Of a stretch of DNA of 64,000 nt, positions 1-13,374 are shown piece after piece. A model generated the notes under the pieces. That model worked only from the letters and a program-made list of their open reading frames with translations. It was not told where the DNA came from and ran no database searches. Every line of letters begins with the position of its first letter. Position 1 is the first letter of the stretch. Made by a program: the position numbers and the translations under genes. Origin of the DNA: Eledone cirrhosa. Its lineage: Eukaryota. Where the stretch lies: assembly GCA_964016885.1 (NCBI GenBank), contig OZ024740.1, positions 217,000,001-217,064,000 of the forward strand. Reading direction: 5' to 3'.

Positions 1-3000
1 CAATTCTACTATCTTTATTTAATAACACTAGTTCCTCTATCTCTCTAACAAAAACAACAATTCTACCATCTTTATTCAATAAGACTAGTTCCTCTATCTC
101 TCTAACGACAACAACAATTCTACCATCTTTATTCAATAAGACTAGTTCCTCTCTCTCTCTAACAACAACAACAATTCTACCATCTTTATTTAATAAGTCT
201 AGTTGATCTATCTCTCTAACAACAACAACAACAACAATTCTACCTTCTGTATTCAATAAGACTAGTTCCTCAATCTCTAACAACAACAACAATTCTCCCT
301 TCTTTATTCAATAAGACTAGTTCCTCTCTCTAACAACAACAACAATTCTACTATCTTTATTCAGTAAGACTAGTTCCTCTATCTCTCTAACAACAACAAT
401 TCTCCCTTCTTTATTCAATAAGACTAGTTCCTCTCTCTCTCTCTAACAACAACACCAATTCTACCATCTTTATTTAATAAGACTAGTTCCTCTCTCTAAC
501 AACAACAACAATTCTACCTTCTTTATTTAATAAGACTAGTTCCTCTATCTCTCTAACAACAACAACAATTCTACCATCTTTATTTAATAAGACTAGTTCC
601 TCTCTTTCTCTAACAACAACAATTCTACCATCTTTATTCAATAAGACTAGTTCCTCTCTTTCTCTAACAACAACAATTCCACCATCTTTATTCAATAAGA
701 CTAGTTCCTCTCTCTCTCTAACAACAACAACAATTCTACCATCTTTATTTAATAAGAGTAGTTGATCTATCTCTCTAACAACAACAACAACAATTCTACC
801 TTCTGTATTCAATAAGACTAGTTCCTCTCTCTAACAACAACAACAATTCTGCCTTCTTTATTCAATAAGACTAGTTCCTCTATCTCTCTAACAACAACAA
901 CAATTCTACCATCTTTATTTAATAAGACTAGTTGATCTATCTCTCTAACAACAACAACAACAATTCTACCTTCTGTATTCAATAAGACTAGTTCCTCTCT
1001 CTAACAACAACAACAATTCTGCCTTCTTTATTCAATAAGACTAGTTACTCTATCTCTCTAACAACAACAACAATTCTACCATCTTTATTTAATAAGACTA
1101 GTTCCTCTCTCTCTCTCTAACAACAACAACAATTCTACCTTCTTTATTTAATAAGACTAGTTCCTCTCTCTAACAACAACAACAATTCTACCTTCTTTAT
1201 TCAATAAGACTAGTTCCTCTCTCTAACAACAACAACAATTCTACCATCTTAATTTAATAAGACTAGTTCCTCTATCTCTCTAACAACAACAACAATTTTA
1301 CTATCTTTATTCAATAAGACTAGTTCCTCTATCTCTCTAACAACAACAACCTATTCTACCATCTTTATTCAATAAGACTAGTTCCTCTATCTCTCTAACA
1401 ACAACTATTCTACCATCTTTATTCAATAAGACTAGTTCCTCTATCTCTGTAACAACAACAACAATTCTACCATCTTTATTCAATAAGACTAGTTCCTCTA
1501 TCTCTGTAACAACAACAATAATTCTACCATCTTTATTCAATAAGACTAGTTCCTCTCTCTAACAACAACAACAATTCTACCATCTTTATTTAATAAGACT
1601 AGTTCCTCTATCTCTCTAACAATAACAACAATTCTACCATCTTTATTTAATAAGACTAGTTCCTCTCTTTCTCTAACAACAACAATTCTACCATCTTTAT
1701 TCAATAAGACTAGTTCCTCTCTTTCTCTAACAACAACAATTCCACCATCTTTATTTAATAAGACTAGTTCCTCTCTCTAACAACAACAACAATTCTACCA
1801 TCTTTATTTAATAATACTAGTTCCTCTATCTCTCTAACAACAACACCAATTCTACTATCTTTATTTAATAACACTAGTTCCTCTATCTCTCTAACAACAA
1901 CAACAACAATTCTACCATCTTTATTCAATAAGACTAGTTCCTCTATCTCTCTAACGACAACAACAATTCTACCATCTTTATTCAATAAGACTAGTTCCTC
2001 TCTCTCTCTAACAACAACAACAATTCTACCATCTTTATTTAATAAGTCTAGTTGATCTATCTCTCTAACAACAACAACAACAACAATTCTACCTTCTGTA
2101 TTCAATAAGACTAGTTCCTCTATCTCTAACAACAACAACAATTCTCCCTTCTTTATTCAATAAGACTAGTTCCTCTCTCTAACAACAACAACAATTCTAC
2201 TATCTTTATTCAGTAAGACTAGTTCCTCTATCTCTCTAACAACAACAATTCTCCCTTCTTTATTCAATAAGACTAGTTCCTCTCTCTCTCTCTAACAACA
2301 ACACCAATTCTACCATCTTTATTTAATAAGACTAGTTCCTCTCTCTAACAACAACAACAATTCTACCTTCTTTATTTAATAAGACTAGTTCCTCTATCTC
2401 TCTAACAACAACAACAATTCTACCATCTTTATTTAATAAGACTAGTTCCTCTCTTTCTCTAACAACAACAATTCTACCATCTTTATTCAATAAGACTAGT
2501 TCCTCTCTTTCTCTAACAACAACAATTCCACCATCTTTATTCAATAAGACTAGTTCCTCTCTCTCTCTAACAACAACAACAATTCTACCATCTTTATTTA
2601 ATAAGAGTAGTTGATCTATCTCTCTAACAACAACAACAACAATTCTACCTTCTGTATTCAATAAGACTAGTTCCCCTCTCTAACAACAACAACAATTCTG
2701 CCTTCTTTATTCAATAAGACTAGTTCCTCTATCTCTCTAACAACAACAACAATTCTACCATCTTTATTTAATAAGACTAGTTCCTCTCTCTCTCTCTAAC
2801 AACAACAACAATTCTACCTTCTTTATTCAATAAGACTAGTTCCTCTCTCTAACAACAACAACAATTCTACCATCTTAATTTAATAAGACTAGTTCCTCTA
2901 TCTCTCTAACAACAACAACCTATTCTACCATCTTTATTCAATAAGACTAGTTCCTCTATCTCTCTAACAACAACTATTCTACCATCTTTATTCAATAAGA

Positions 3001-4755
3001 CTAGTTCCTCTATCTCTGTAACAACAACAACAATTCTACCATCTTTATTCAATAAGACTAGTTCCTCTATCTCTGTAACAACAACAATAATTCTACCATC
3101 TTTATTCAATAAGACTAGTTCCTCTCTCTAACAACAACAACAACAATTCTACCATCTTTATTCAATAAGACTAGTTCCTCTATCTCTCTAACAACAACTA
3201 CAATTCTACCATCTTTATTTAATAAGACTAGTTCCTCTCTCTCTCTCTAACAACAACAACATTTCTACCATCTTTATTCAATAAGACTAGTTCCTCTCTC
3301 TCTAACAGCAACTATTCTACCATCTTTATTCAGTAAGACTAGTTCCTCTCTCTCTGTAACAACAACAACAATTCTACCATCTTTATTCAATAAGACTAGT
3401 TCCTCTCTCTCTCTAGCTAACAACAACAACAATTCTACCATCTTTCTTCAATAAGACTAGTTCCTCTATCTCTCTAACAACAACAACAACTATTCTACCA
3501 TCTTTATTCAATAAGACTAGTCCCTCTCTCTCTCTAACAACAACAATTCTACCATCTTTATTCAGTAAGACTAGTTCCTCTCTCTGTAACAACAACAACA
3601 ATTCTACCATCTTTATTGAGTAAGACTAGTTCCTCTATCTCTCTAGCTAACAACAATTCTACCATCTTTATTTAATAAGACTAGTTCCTCTCTCTAACAA
3701 CAACAACAACAATTCTACCATCTTTATTCAGTCAGACTAGTCTCTCTATCTCTCTAACAACAACAATTCTACCATCTTTATTTAATAAGACTAGTTCCTC
3801 TATCTCTCTAGCTAACAATAACAATTCAACCATCTTTATTCAATAAGACTAGTTCCTCTATCTCTCTAACAACAACAACAACAATTCTACCTTCTTTATT
3901 CAATAAGACTAGTTCCTCTCTCTCTCTAACAACAACAACAATTCTACCTTCTTTATTTAATAAGACTAGTTCCTCTCTCTAACAACAACAACAATTTTAC
4001 CATCTTTATTTAATAAGACTAGTTCCTCTCTCTCTCTAACAACAACAATTCTACCATCTTTATTCAGTGAGACTAGTCTCTCTATCTCTCTAACAACAAC
4101 AATTCTAGCATCTTTATTCAATAAGACTAGTTCCTCTATCTCTCTAACAACAACAACAACAATTCTACCATCTTTATTGAGTAAGACTAGTTCCTCTATC
4201 TCTCTAACAACAACAATTCTACCATCTTTATTCAGTGAGACTAGTCTCTCTATCTCTCTAACAACAACAATTCTAGCATCTTTATTCAATAAGACTAGTT
4301 TCTCTATCTCTCTAACAACAACAACAATTCTACCATCTTTATTCAATAAGACTAGTTCCTCTATCTCTCTATCAACAACAACAACAAATCTACCATCTTT
4401 ATTCAGTAAGACTAGTTCCTCTATCTCTCTAACAACAACAATTCTACCTTCTTTATTCAATAAGACTAGTTTCTCTATCTCTCTAACAACAACAACAATT
4501 CTACCTTCTTTATTTAATAAGACTAGTTCCTCTATCTCTCTAACAACAACAACAATTCTACCATCTTTATTCAATAAGACTAGTTCCTCTATCTCTCTAA
4601 CAACAACAACAATTCTACCATCTTTATTCAGTAAGACTAGTTCCTCTCTCTCTCTCTAGCTAACAACAATTCCACCATCTTTATTTAATAAGACAGTTCT
4701 TCTCTCTGTAAATAACAACAACAACAGTTCTACCATCTTTATTTAATAAGACTAG
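1..4755. repeat. Minisatellite, ~55-62 bp unit: (AAC)n-AATTCTACCATCTTTATTCAATAAGACTAGTTCCTCTATCTCTCT; truncated by the window start
   Basis: Direct tandem reiteration with variable (AAC)n and (CT)n lengths. Identical ORFs at 483-812 and 2332-2661 reveal an internal ~1.85-kb block duplication. Confidence 0.97.
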
Positions 4756-5229
4756 TTTTTTTTGCTGTGATATTGTTGTAATGTAGAGATATAGTGGTTG
4801 TGTCATTAGGGTAACTGGACTATCAAAGTAGCAACATCTCTAGAGGTTAAACCACTAATCTCTATATCTACTTAACTGTAAAATCAATTCTCTTAACTTC
4901 CCTCACTCAAGATATTCAAACCTGTCTGTTCCAGGAGAGACCATAGAGGCTAGATGGGTGCTGACCTCCTTTGGCACACAAGATGAACCTACTCCCTTGT
5001 GACTTTTTAACTAATATATTTAGAGTCTTCCAGTTCTCCTATATTGAATTGTTTCTATTTTCATGAATGTTGAGATAGAGATATTCCCAGCTATCCTTTG
5101 CTCTCTCTCTGATATTAATTTCATCTGATTTCCTTCCAAACTATCTTCAACTCTATCTCCTCTGAAATTCCTGTTTACATGTAAACATGTATTCAAATAT
5201 ATTTGTTTACTCACTGACAGACTAATATT

Positions 5230-6105
<876 letters not shown>

Positions 6106-6225
6106 ACGTGTTCCACCGGGGATAACCACAGTAAGTAAGGTACTCGATAGATTAGTAGAGTATATACAACAAAATTTAATATAGAAATGGCTTCTACAGG
6201 ACTAGAACTGTTTCATTTGAAGGAA

Positions 6226-6365
6226 AGCTGTCCTGGTGAGTTTAACTCGACAATGGACTGACATCCTGTCCAGGGGAAAGTTTAGTGCTCTCAACCACTT
6301 CATGCCATGTAATCTGGAATAAGCACCGGCTTCATGAGCCTCCAGACTTATAACAGACTTGACTA
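6226..6365 (+). mobile_element. Degenerate SINE body/tail fragment
   Basis: ATGGACTGACATCCTGTCCAGGGG...CTTCATGC...GGAATAAGCACCGGC...ATGAGCC resembles a conserved invertebrate SINE central/3' domain (recalled, not searched); no head present. Confidence 0.45.
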
Positions 6366-6704
6366 AGGATACTTTACCCAGTTTTCTAATGCTATTCTCA
6401 TTGTGGTGACTGTGTTTGGATATAAACAGAATGTTTATTTTTATGTTTTTTACAACTGCCTAATTTTATCCCATATCATATCAAACTTATTAAAACAGCC
6501 TCTTGTTCTATGAAACAAAAACTACTCATTTTAAAGGAATTCTATTTAAATTTAAATTTTCCTGCATAACTTTTAATATTTAATAACCTTTCGTTAAGTA
6601 ATGTTACAAATACCATCTTAATAAGGAAATAGTTAATTTTAGAAAAGCCTTCCAAACTCTTCATTAATAAATTAAAATACATTATCTTACCATTATCATC
6701 ATTA

Positions 6705-7200
6705 TCTTCTTCTTCTTCTTCTTCTTCTTCTTCTTCTTCTTCTTCTTCTTCTTCTTTTTCTTTTTCTTTTTCTTTTTCTTCTTTTTCTTCTTTTTCTTTT
6801 TCTTTTTCTTTTTCTTCTTTTTCTTCTTTTTCTTCTTTTTCTTCTTTTTCTTCTTTTTCTTCTTTTTCTTTTTCTTTTTCTTCTTTTTCTTTCTCTTCTT
6901 TTTATTCTTTTTCTTCTTTTTCTTTTTCTTCTTTTCTTTTTCTTCTTTTTCTTCTTTTTCTTCTTTTTCTTCTTTTTCTTCTTCTTCTTCTTCTTCTTGG
7001 AAGGATCATAAATGAAGAATCCTCAGGCACACCTTCCACTGGGTCCTATCAGAAGCAACTGTCTCCAACAGGACACCCAAGCAACACCAACCATGCTCAT
7101 AGATCTTAACCTACCATCTTGCTTATAGTCACCTCTGAATCTACTTCTTGACTTTATCCAGTGGTTCTTTCCTTAAACATTCTAACCACTTGTCCATAGT
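6705..7200 (-). mobile_element. (TTC)n-rich tract (6705-6998) abutting a decayed LINE 3' end; likely a (GAA)n-tailed RTE-like fragment
   Basis: The minus strand reads ...LETVASDRTQWKVCL..., resembling the RTE C-terminal 'A.DR..W' motif, then runs into (GAA)n. Confidence 0.45.
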
Positions 7201-7702
7201 ATTGGAACTGTGATCTATCAATTTCCTAGTATTGGAACTGTGATCTATCAATTTGGGAAAGTAGCTGGAACAACTGCCTGATCTCTGCGCTACATACCCG
7301 ATTGAGTAACATTATTCCAAAGACCCTTTGATAGAACCCTATTTCAGATACGCGTTTGTATTCGTGTATTCTTTTAGACTTTCCCCAAGGTTTGTAAGCA
7401 GTATAAGTGATTAAAAATACAATGATAAAAGGGTTAAAGGAACTAATGGAATATTTACTTCCAACAGCAGAGAGACAATGTTTGTGTATATTCCTGTAAG
7501 GTATTGATTTCAGGTTCTACAAACAAACTGCTTCCTAATTCCTTTTATTCAATTAGATTAGACCAAAATCCTATTGAACTTTTCAAATCAATATTATAGC
7601 TAAGAATCTTGCAGTTCTTAACTAGGTTCCTGATTGCTGCTTCATTGTTGCTAGATTCTGCAAAACATTTTTGGGTATTGAATATATGTTTTAGTTAATT
7701 CT

Positions 7703-7803
7703 TATAGCCAGGTACCATTCCTGGAACCGACCCTTTTAGTCACTTTTTACACAATATCTCTGTGTATTAAATGGGTTGATTCCAGGAAGGGTACCCAGCT
7801 CTA
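7703..7803. repeat. ~100-bp foldback / small MITE-like element with ~30-bp imperfect inverted arms
   Basis: TATAGCCAGGTACCATTCCTGGAACCGACCC pairs with GGGTTGATTCCAGGAAGGGTACCCAGCTCTA; there is also an inner TACACA/TGTGTA pair. Confidence 0.75.
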
Positions 7804-7960
7804 AAACATTACTTTAAAAAGGACTCCATGCTGAGAACGAAGTCTATTTAGTAGGAAAAATGGCTTTAAAATGCTTGTTGTTCTTGTTGTTATTGTGGTG
7901 GTGGTTTGATTCTTACAAAATGTGCATTAAATATTCAAACCTTGTGAATTAAATTAGGTA

Positions 7961-8357
7961 CGGAGGTCCCTAAACATTTTAGATTATCAACTCCTTCATG
8001 GAAGCCTTGATACCTCAGCAACCCCAGGCATGTACAAAAAAAAAGATTTATAATAATAATTAAATATAAATGTATACACACACACAAGTATAATGAATCT
8101 TAGAACGCTGGTGTCTTTTTTCTATAGTTTGGCATTGCCCCTTCTTTCCTAACATAAATATTTCCTTCATTACATGACATCAAATAAATATATAAACACA
8201 CAATGGCTATTATTGTAGTTCATAATTAAAAATGTGTATCAGCAAGTTGTATTTTATATATTTTTATTTCTTATACAAATGTCAGAATTTAACCCTGGCG
8301 TTTATTGACCCCCTTTGGACCCCTAGGGGTCGATATCGACCACTTTGGAGACTCCTG
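7961..8357. mobile_element. hAT (Charlie-like) non-autonomous element
   Basis: Degenerate TIRs CGGAGGTCCCTAAAC ... CACTTTGGAGACTCCTG, followed by GTTTAGAA (Charlie-type nTCTAGAn target). Confidence 0.5.
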
Positions 8358-8728
8358 GTTTAGAAGCTCATCAGATGGATTAGACCTATAATTCAAGTGC
8401 CAGCTTTGTCATACACTTTCATGCTGAATCTCCCTGATAATTATATTAAATTTACCCATGTTTTGTGAAATACTCCACTTATATATTTAACAAGGAGACC
8501 ATTGTTTTGATGAAACAACTGAAATATTCCATCACTTTCGTTTTATTTATATTATTATTTGATATTAATAATTTATAAACTGAATAATTTAAACTACAAG
8601 TGAATTATGATAAACACTTAAAAGTTAATCCTTTAAATAAAACCCTTAATTTAACCAGTAGGCCATTCCTTTGATGAAACAACTGAAATACTCCTCAGGA
8701 ATATCAATAACGCATGCATGTATTTTAA

Positions 8729-9190
8729 AAGCTCTGACGTCTGGCAACTGACTTGGTAGACACTCACAAGATTATTAACCATCTTTCCAACATCGACCCT
8801 GAGCACCTTTTTGAATTTCATATATCTAACACCTTTGGAAATGTTTACAAAATCAGAAAACAGCACAGCTCCCATGACTTTCGGAAACATTATTTAATGC
8901 TCAGAGTTGCTGAAGCATGGAACAAACTCCCTGCATTGGTTGTTAGTTGTTGGGACACAGCATCCTTCAAAACTTCCATGCTTCTCACAATATGCCAACA
9001 CTAGACCTGATATTCTCCCTTCATACACATGCACACGTGTGTATGGGGTGTGTGTATGTGTGTGTGTGTATCAGTGTGTCTATCATGACTCATACAGTGT
9101 TCACTTTCCTGACATTTGTACATTATTCTATGTACTATACATGCACCTTTGATGAGTTTAGTGCACCTGAGCACTGTACACAATTATTTT
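8729..9190 (+). mobile_element. CR1-clade LINE, 5'-truncated 3' fragment
   Basis: Encodes ...DLVDTHKIINH...HSSHDFRKH..LRVAEAWNKLP; the 3' UTR ends GTGCACCTGAGCACTGTACACAAT, as in the other copies in the window. Confidence 0.88.
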
Positions 9191-9302
9191 TGTTCATATC
9201 CTTATTACTATATTTTTTACAGTGTTTTGATATTTCTTGTATTACTTCTCAAACTGTTTCACACAATAACTAATATCAATATATTTTCACATCTTTTTTT
9301 AG

Positions 9303-9606
9303 CAACAACAAAAATTACAAGAACAGTTACTGCACCAGCTAAATGAACAATTGCAACTAAACATTCTGCAGCAATCTCAATTATTGCAGCAGCAACAACA
9401 GCAGAATGTGTCAGGTGCACAGTCAGGTCCCCTCCACAGTTCGGTTACACCGTCAGAAAAAAGTAAAAATAGTAAACAGATGAAGCAACGAATGCATGAG
9501 TTAAGTATACAGCAACAACAGTTAATACAACAAATACAGTTCCAGCAACGGCAGTTCCTTTTATCGCAGGGAATCGGACTTGTACAACCGTTTGGTGTTC
9601 CTCAGA
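9303..9606 (+). CDS. FoxP: Internal coding exon of a forkhead box P transcription factor (N-terminal Gln-rich region)
   Basis: Acceptor TTTTTTTAG ends at 9302 (phase 0) and donor A|GTTAGT starts at 9607 (phase 1). The open frame reads QQQKLQEQLLHQLNEQLQLNILQQSQLLQQQQQQ...KQMKQRMHELSIQQQQLIQQIQFQQRQFLLSQGIGLVQPFGVPQ. The motifs EQLQLN.LQQ and QQQQLIQQ.Q..Q.Q.LL.QG.GL match invertebrate FoxP as I recall them. No forkhead domain lies in the window, so identity rests on this exon alone. Confidence 0.8.
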
Positions 9607-9652
9607 GTTAGTAACATTTTTCATCCTCTGCCTCTCTTTCATTATTGTCTTC

Positions 9653-9683
<31 letters not shown>

Positions 9684-9684
<1 letters not shown>

Positions 9685-10130
9685 TGTTTCTATTTTGGCA
9701 CAAGGCCAGCAATTACCCAGTACATATGGAGGCACATGGCTTAGTGGTTAGAGCATTGGCCTTGCAATCGAAAGGTTGTGAGTTCAATTCTCAGACTGGG
9801 TGATGTGTTGTTTCCTTGAGCAAGACACTTTATTTCACATTGCTCCAGTTTACTCAGCTGTAGAAATGAGATGATAGGGACTGGGGTCCATATCATTCCA
9901 CTGCAAAGTGGTCGTGGAGGTACCACGGCAAAAAAGCACCCAGCACTCACTGTAAATGAGGTTGGTGTTAGGAAGGGCATCCAGCTGTAGAAATCAAGCC
10001 AGAATCAGTTCCCGCCCCACCCTTGCAAGCAGGGAAAAGCGGACGTAAAATGAAATGATGATGATGATGATGATGATGATTACTGGTACTTTATTTTATC
10101 GATCCCGTAAGGATGAAAAGCAAAATTAAT
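9684..10130 (-). mobile_element. SINE family B copy (9684-9726 and 10081-10130) split by a SINE-A insertion
   Basis: GGCACAAGGCCAGCAATTACCCAGTAC | TACTGGTACTTTATTTTATCGATCCCGTAAGGATGAAA is the reverse complement of the intact copies at 14407 and 26394. Confidence 0.8.
9728..10080 (+). mobile_element. Full-length tRNA-derived SINE (family A) with RTE-derived 3' tail
   Basis: Pol III A box TGGCTTAGTGG and B box GAGTTCAATTC; CORE-like TCCTTGAGCAAGACACTT; tail GGTTGGTGTTAGGAAGGGCATCCAGCTGTAGAAA shared with RTE 3' UTRs; ends in (GAT)n. Confidence 0.9.
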
Positions 10131-10404
10131 AATAATGATAATAATGGTTTCTGATTTAGGCCCAATATTGGGGGAGGGGAAAGTCGATTAAATCATCCCC
10201 AGTACGTTGCTCAGACAGAACTGTAAATTTGGCTGGGATTGTTACAGCTGGATGCCCTTCCTAACACCAAATAATAATAATAATGGTTTCTAATTGAGGC
10301 ATAAGGTCAGTGATTTTGAATTTTGGTGGGAGGAGAACGTACCTGGATTTATTTTATCAACTATATCATTCTTCAAAAAGTGTCGCATTGATTCTATGTG
10401 AGAA

Positions 10405-11342
10405 ATCATCATCAACACCACCACCACCACCATCATCAACACCACCACAACCACCATCATCATCAACACTACCACCACCATCATCAACACCACCACCACC
10501 ACCATCATCAACACCACCACCACCACCATCATCAACACCACCACAACCACCATCATCATCAACACTACCACCACCATCATCATCATCAACACTACCACCA
10601 CCATCATCAACACCACCACCACCACCATCATCATCAACACTACCACCACCATCATCAACACCACCACAACCACCATCATCATCAACACTACCACCACCAT
10701 CATCAACACCACCACAACCACCATCATCATCAACACTACCACCACCACCATCATCATCAACACTACCACCACCATCATCAACACCACCACCACCACCATC
10801 ATCATCATCAACACTACCACCACCATCATCAACACCACCACCACCACCATCATCATCAACACTACCACCACCATCATCATCATCAACACCACCACCACCA
10901 CCATCATCAACACCACCACAACCACCATCATCAACACCACCACCACCACCATCATCATCATCAACACTACCACCACCATCATCAACACCACCACCACCAC
11001 CATCATCATCAACACTACCACCACCATCATCATCATCAACACTACCACCACCATCATCATCATCAACACTACCACCACCATCATCAACACCACCACCACC
11101 ACCATCATCATCAACACTACCACCACCATCATCATCATCAACACTACCACCACCATCATCATCATCAACACTACCACCACCATCATCAACACCACCACCA
11201 CCACCATCATCATCAACACTACCACCACCATCATCAACACCACCACCACCACCATCATCATCAACACTACCACCACCACCATCATCATCAACACTACCAC
11301 CACCATCATCATAACCATCACTACCACCACCACCACCATCAT
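10405..11342. repeat. Cryptic (CAC/CAT/CAA)n trinucleotide minisatellite
   Basis: Repeated CCACCACCATCATCAACA(C/CTA) units; the poly-His/Pro-Ser/Val-Met ORFs are artefacts. Confidence 0.95.
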
Positions 11343-11538
11343 GTTTTCAACAATTTGCTAGTTACTACTATACCACCTGCTGTTATCTCCATGTTTGTGA
11401 TGTGTATGCAATCAGGGTTGGGTTTAGACCTTGCAGGCCCCGAGGCACTTCAGGTTTTTGGGGGGTACACAAAAAATGAGAATACCCCCCCCCCCCCCAT
11501 TTTACATATCAAAGTTAGCTTGGCGCAAGTAATTGGCG

Positions 11539-12140
11539 CATCATATTTCTCCTATATTAACCCTTTCCCCATCATATTTCTCCTATATTAACCCTTTCCC
11601 CATCATATTTCTCCTATATTAACCCTTTCCCCATCATATTTCTCTTATACTAACTCTTCCTCCATCATATTTCTCCTATATTAACCCTTTCCCCATCATA
11701 TTTCTCCTATATTAACCCTTTCCCCATCATATTTCTCTTATATTAACTCTTCCTCCATCATATTTCTCCTATATTAACCCTTTCCCCCATCATATTTCTC
11801 TTATATTAACTCTTCCTCCATCATATTTCTCCTATATTAACCCTTTCCCCATCATATTTCTCCTATATTAACCCTTTCCCCATCATATTTCTCTTATACT
11901 AACTCTTCCTCCATCATATTTCTCCTATATTAACCCTTTCCCCATCATATTTCTCTTATATTAACTCTTCCTCCATCATATTTCTCCTATATTAACCCTT
12001 TCCCCATCATATTTCTCTTATATTAACTCTTCCTCCATCATATTTCTCCTATATTAACCCTTTCCCCATCATATTTCTCCTATATTACACCTTTCCCCAT
12101 CATATTTCTCCTATATTACACCTTTCCCCATCATATTTCT
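11539..12140. repeat. 31-bp minisatellite CATCATATTTCTCCTATATTAACCCTTTCCC (~19 copies, two alternating variants)
   Basis: 31-bp period (TCATATTTCT at 11541, 11572, ...). Confidence 0.95.
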
Positions 12141-12332
12141 AACGAGACTATATTACCCTTCTGATTTAATTATTGAAATAACAATTATAAGATGTTTAAT
12201 GAAATATCTAACTTTCAACTTAATAACTAAAGACAAATATCTCACTACTTCAATCTGTTATTGTAATAAGGATTTCTACTCTTTTTTTTTTCTTTACTTC
12301 ATCATCATCATCACCATCATCATCACCACCAC

Positions 12333-12366
<34 letters not shown>

Positions 12367-13374
12367 GTCATCATCATCACCACCACCACCATTATCACAA
12401 CCACCACCATCATCATCATCACCATCATTTAACATCCAATTTCCCTGCTAGCAAGGATTGGACTTTAATTAATAAAATGTCAGTGCAATGTTTAAATTTT
12501 AACTTCAACTCTTTAACATAGTACATCTTTTACCTTCCCATGTGTGCCAGAGATGTGGTTTACTCCATGAAGCACAGTCAATGTAAATAAAGCAAATTCT
12601 ATGAAAATATCTATTATATTTTATATTTCACAATTTGTTTGAAGCAAGAAAAGCTAATGTTGTTGATAATGTGTAAATGTATGAGCACTACTCTAGTGTT
12701 TATTGTTTTATCTAAATCTTAGATTAATTTGAAGGTATTTAGTGAATTTAATTTGTTACATTTAGTACATTATATAAGGATGAAAGTATAATAATTAAGA
12801 AAAAAACTACTACAACTACTGCTGCTACTACCACCACCACTATCATCATCTCCACCTTTTATATCGTGACAGCCATGACTTAAACAAAAGGTCTGAAGTT
12901 CTGAGTTGTTACAGCCAAGCTTTAAAATACTTACTTTCCAACTATTTCACCTCAAACAAAGGGTTGGGAAATTTCCCAAATCTAGAACAATATGGATATT
13001 ACTACCTCCATTTTTAGAGACTAGCAGAAAAACCACCCCACGGATGGTTTTCTGTTAGCTTGTGTAGTATGCATATTTATATTATATGCAAATATACATG
13101 CATGTAGATATGATATATCAAATAAAATTGTAATTGACAATATGCACAGAAATTGAAGAGAGACTGTGTTACACTCTCTTCTGTAAGTAAAGTAATCCAT
13201 GATACATTTAAATAAGACGATATTATATATAAACTGCATCATGGTGAAATGTAATGAAACCTTATATAACGATGCAAATATATGGATGTTTATATAAGCG
13301 ATGTAATAAGTGTTATAATATAACGAAGGCTAACCAGAAGTGTTAACATTTGAAAATCTTAAAATAAGCAATCA

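Noticed and set aside
483-4659. ORFs of VVVVREIEELVLLNKDGRI repeats (superficially beta-solenoid/LRR-like)
   Set aside because: Translations of the minisatellite; unit lengths vary by non-triplets, so frames break constantly.
8368-8376. CTGATGAGC on the minus strand as a hammerhead core
   Set aside because: No stem II, GAAA or stem I pairing follows.
9728-9800. tRNA gene
   Set aside because: A and B boxes are present, but there is no proper cloverleaf and the sequence continues into a SINE core and tail; the same applies to 26394 and 34772.
10290-11591. His-rich, extensin-like and Met/Val ORFs of 334-397 aa
   Set aside because: Trinucleotide repeat open in several frames on both strands; no splice signals or unique coding flanks.
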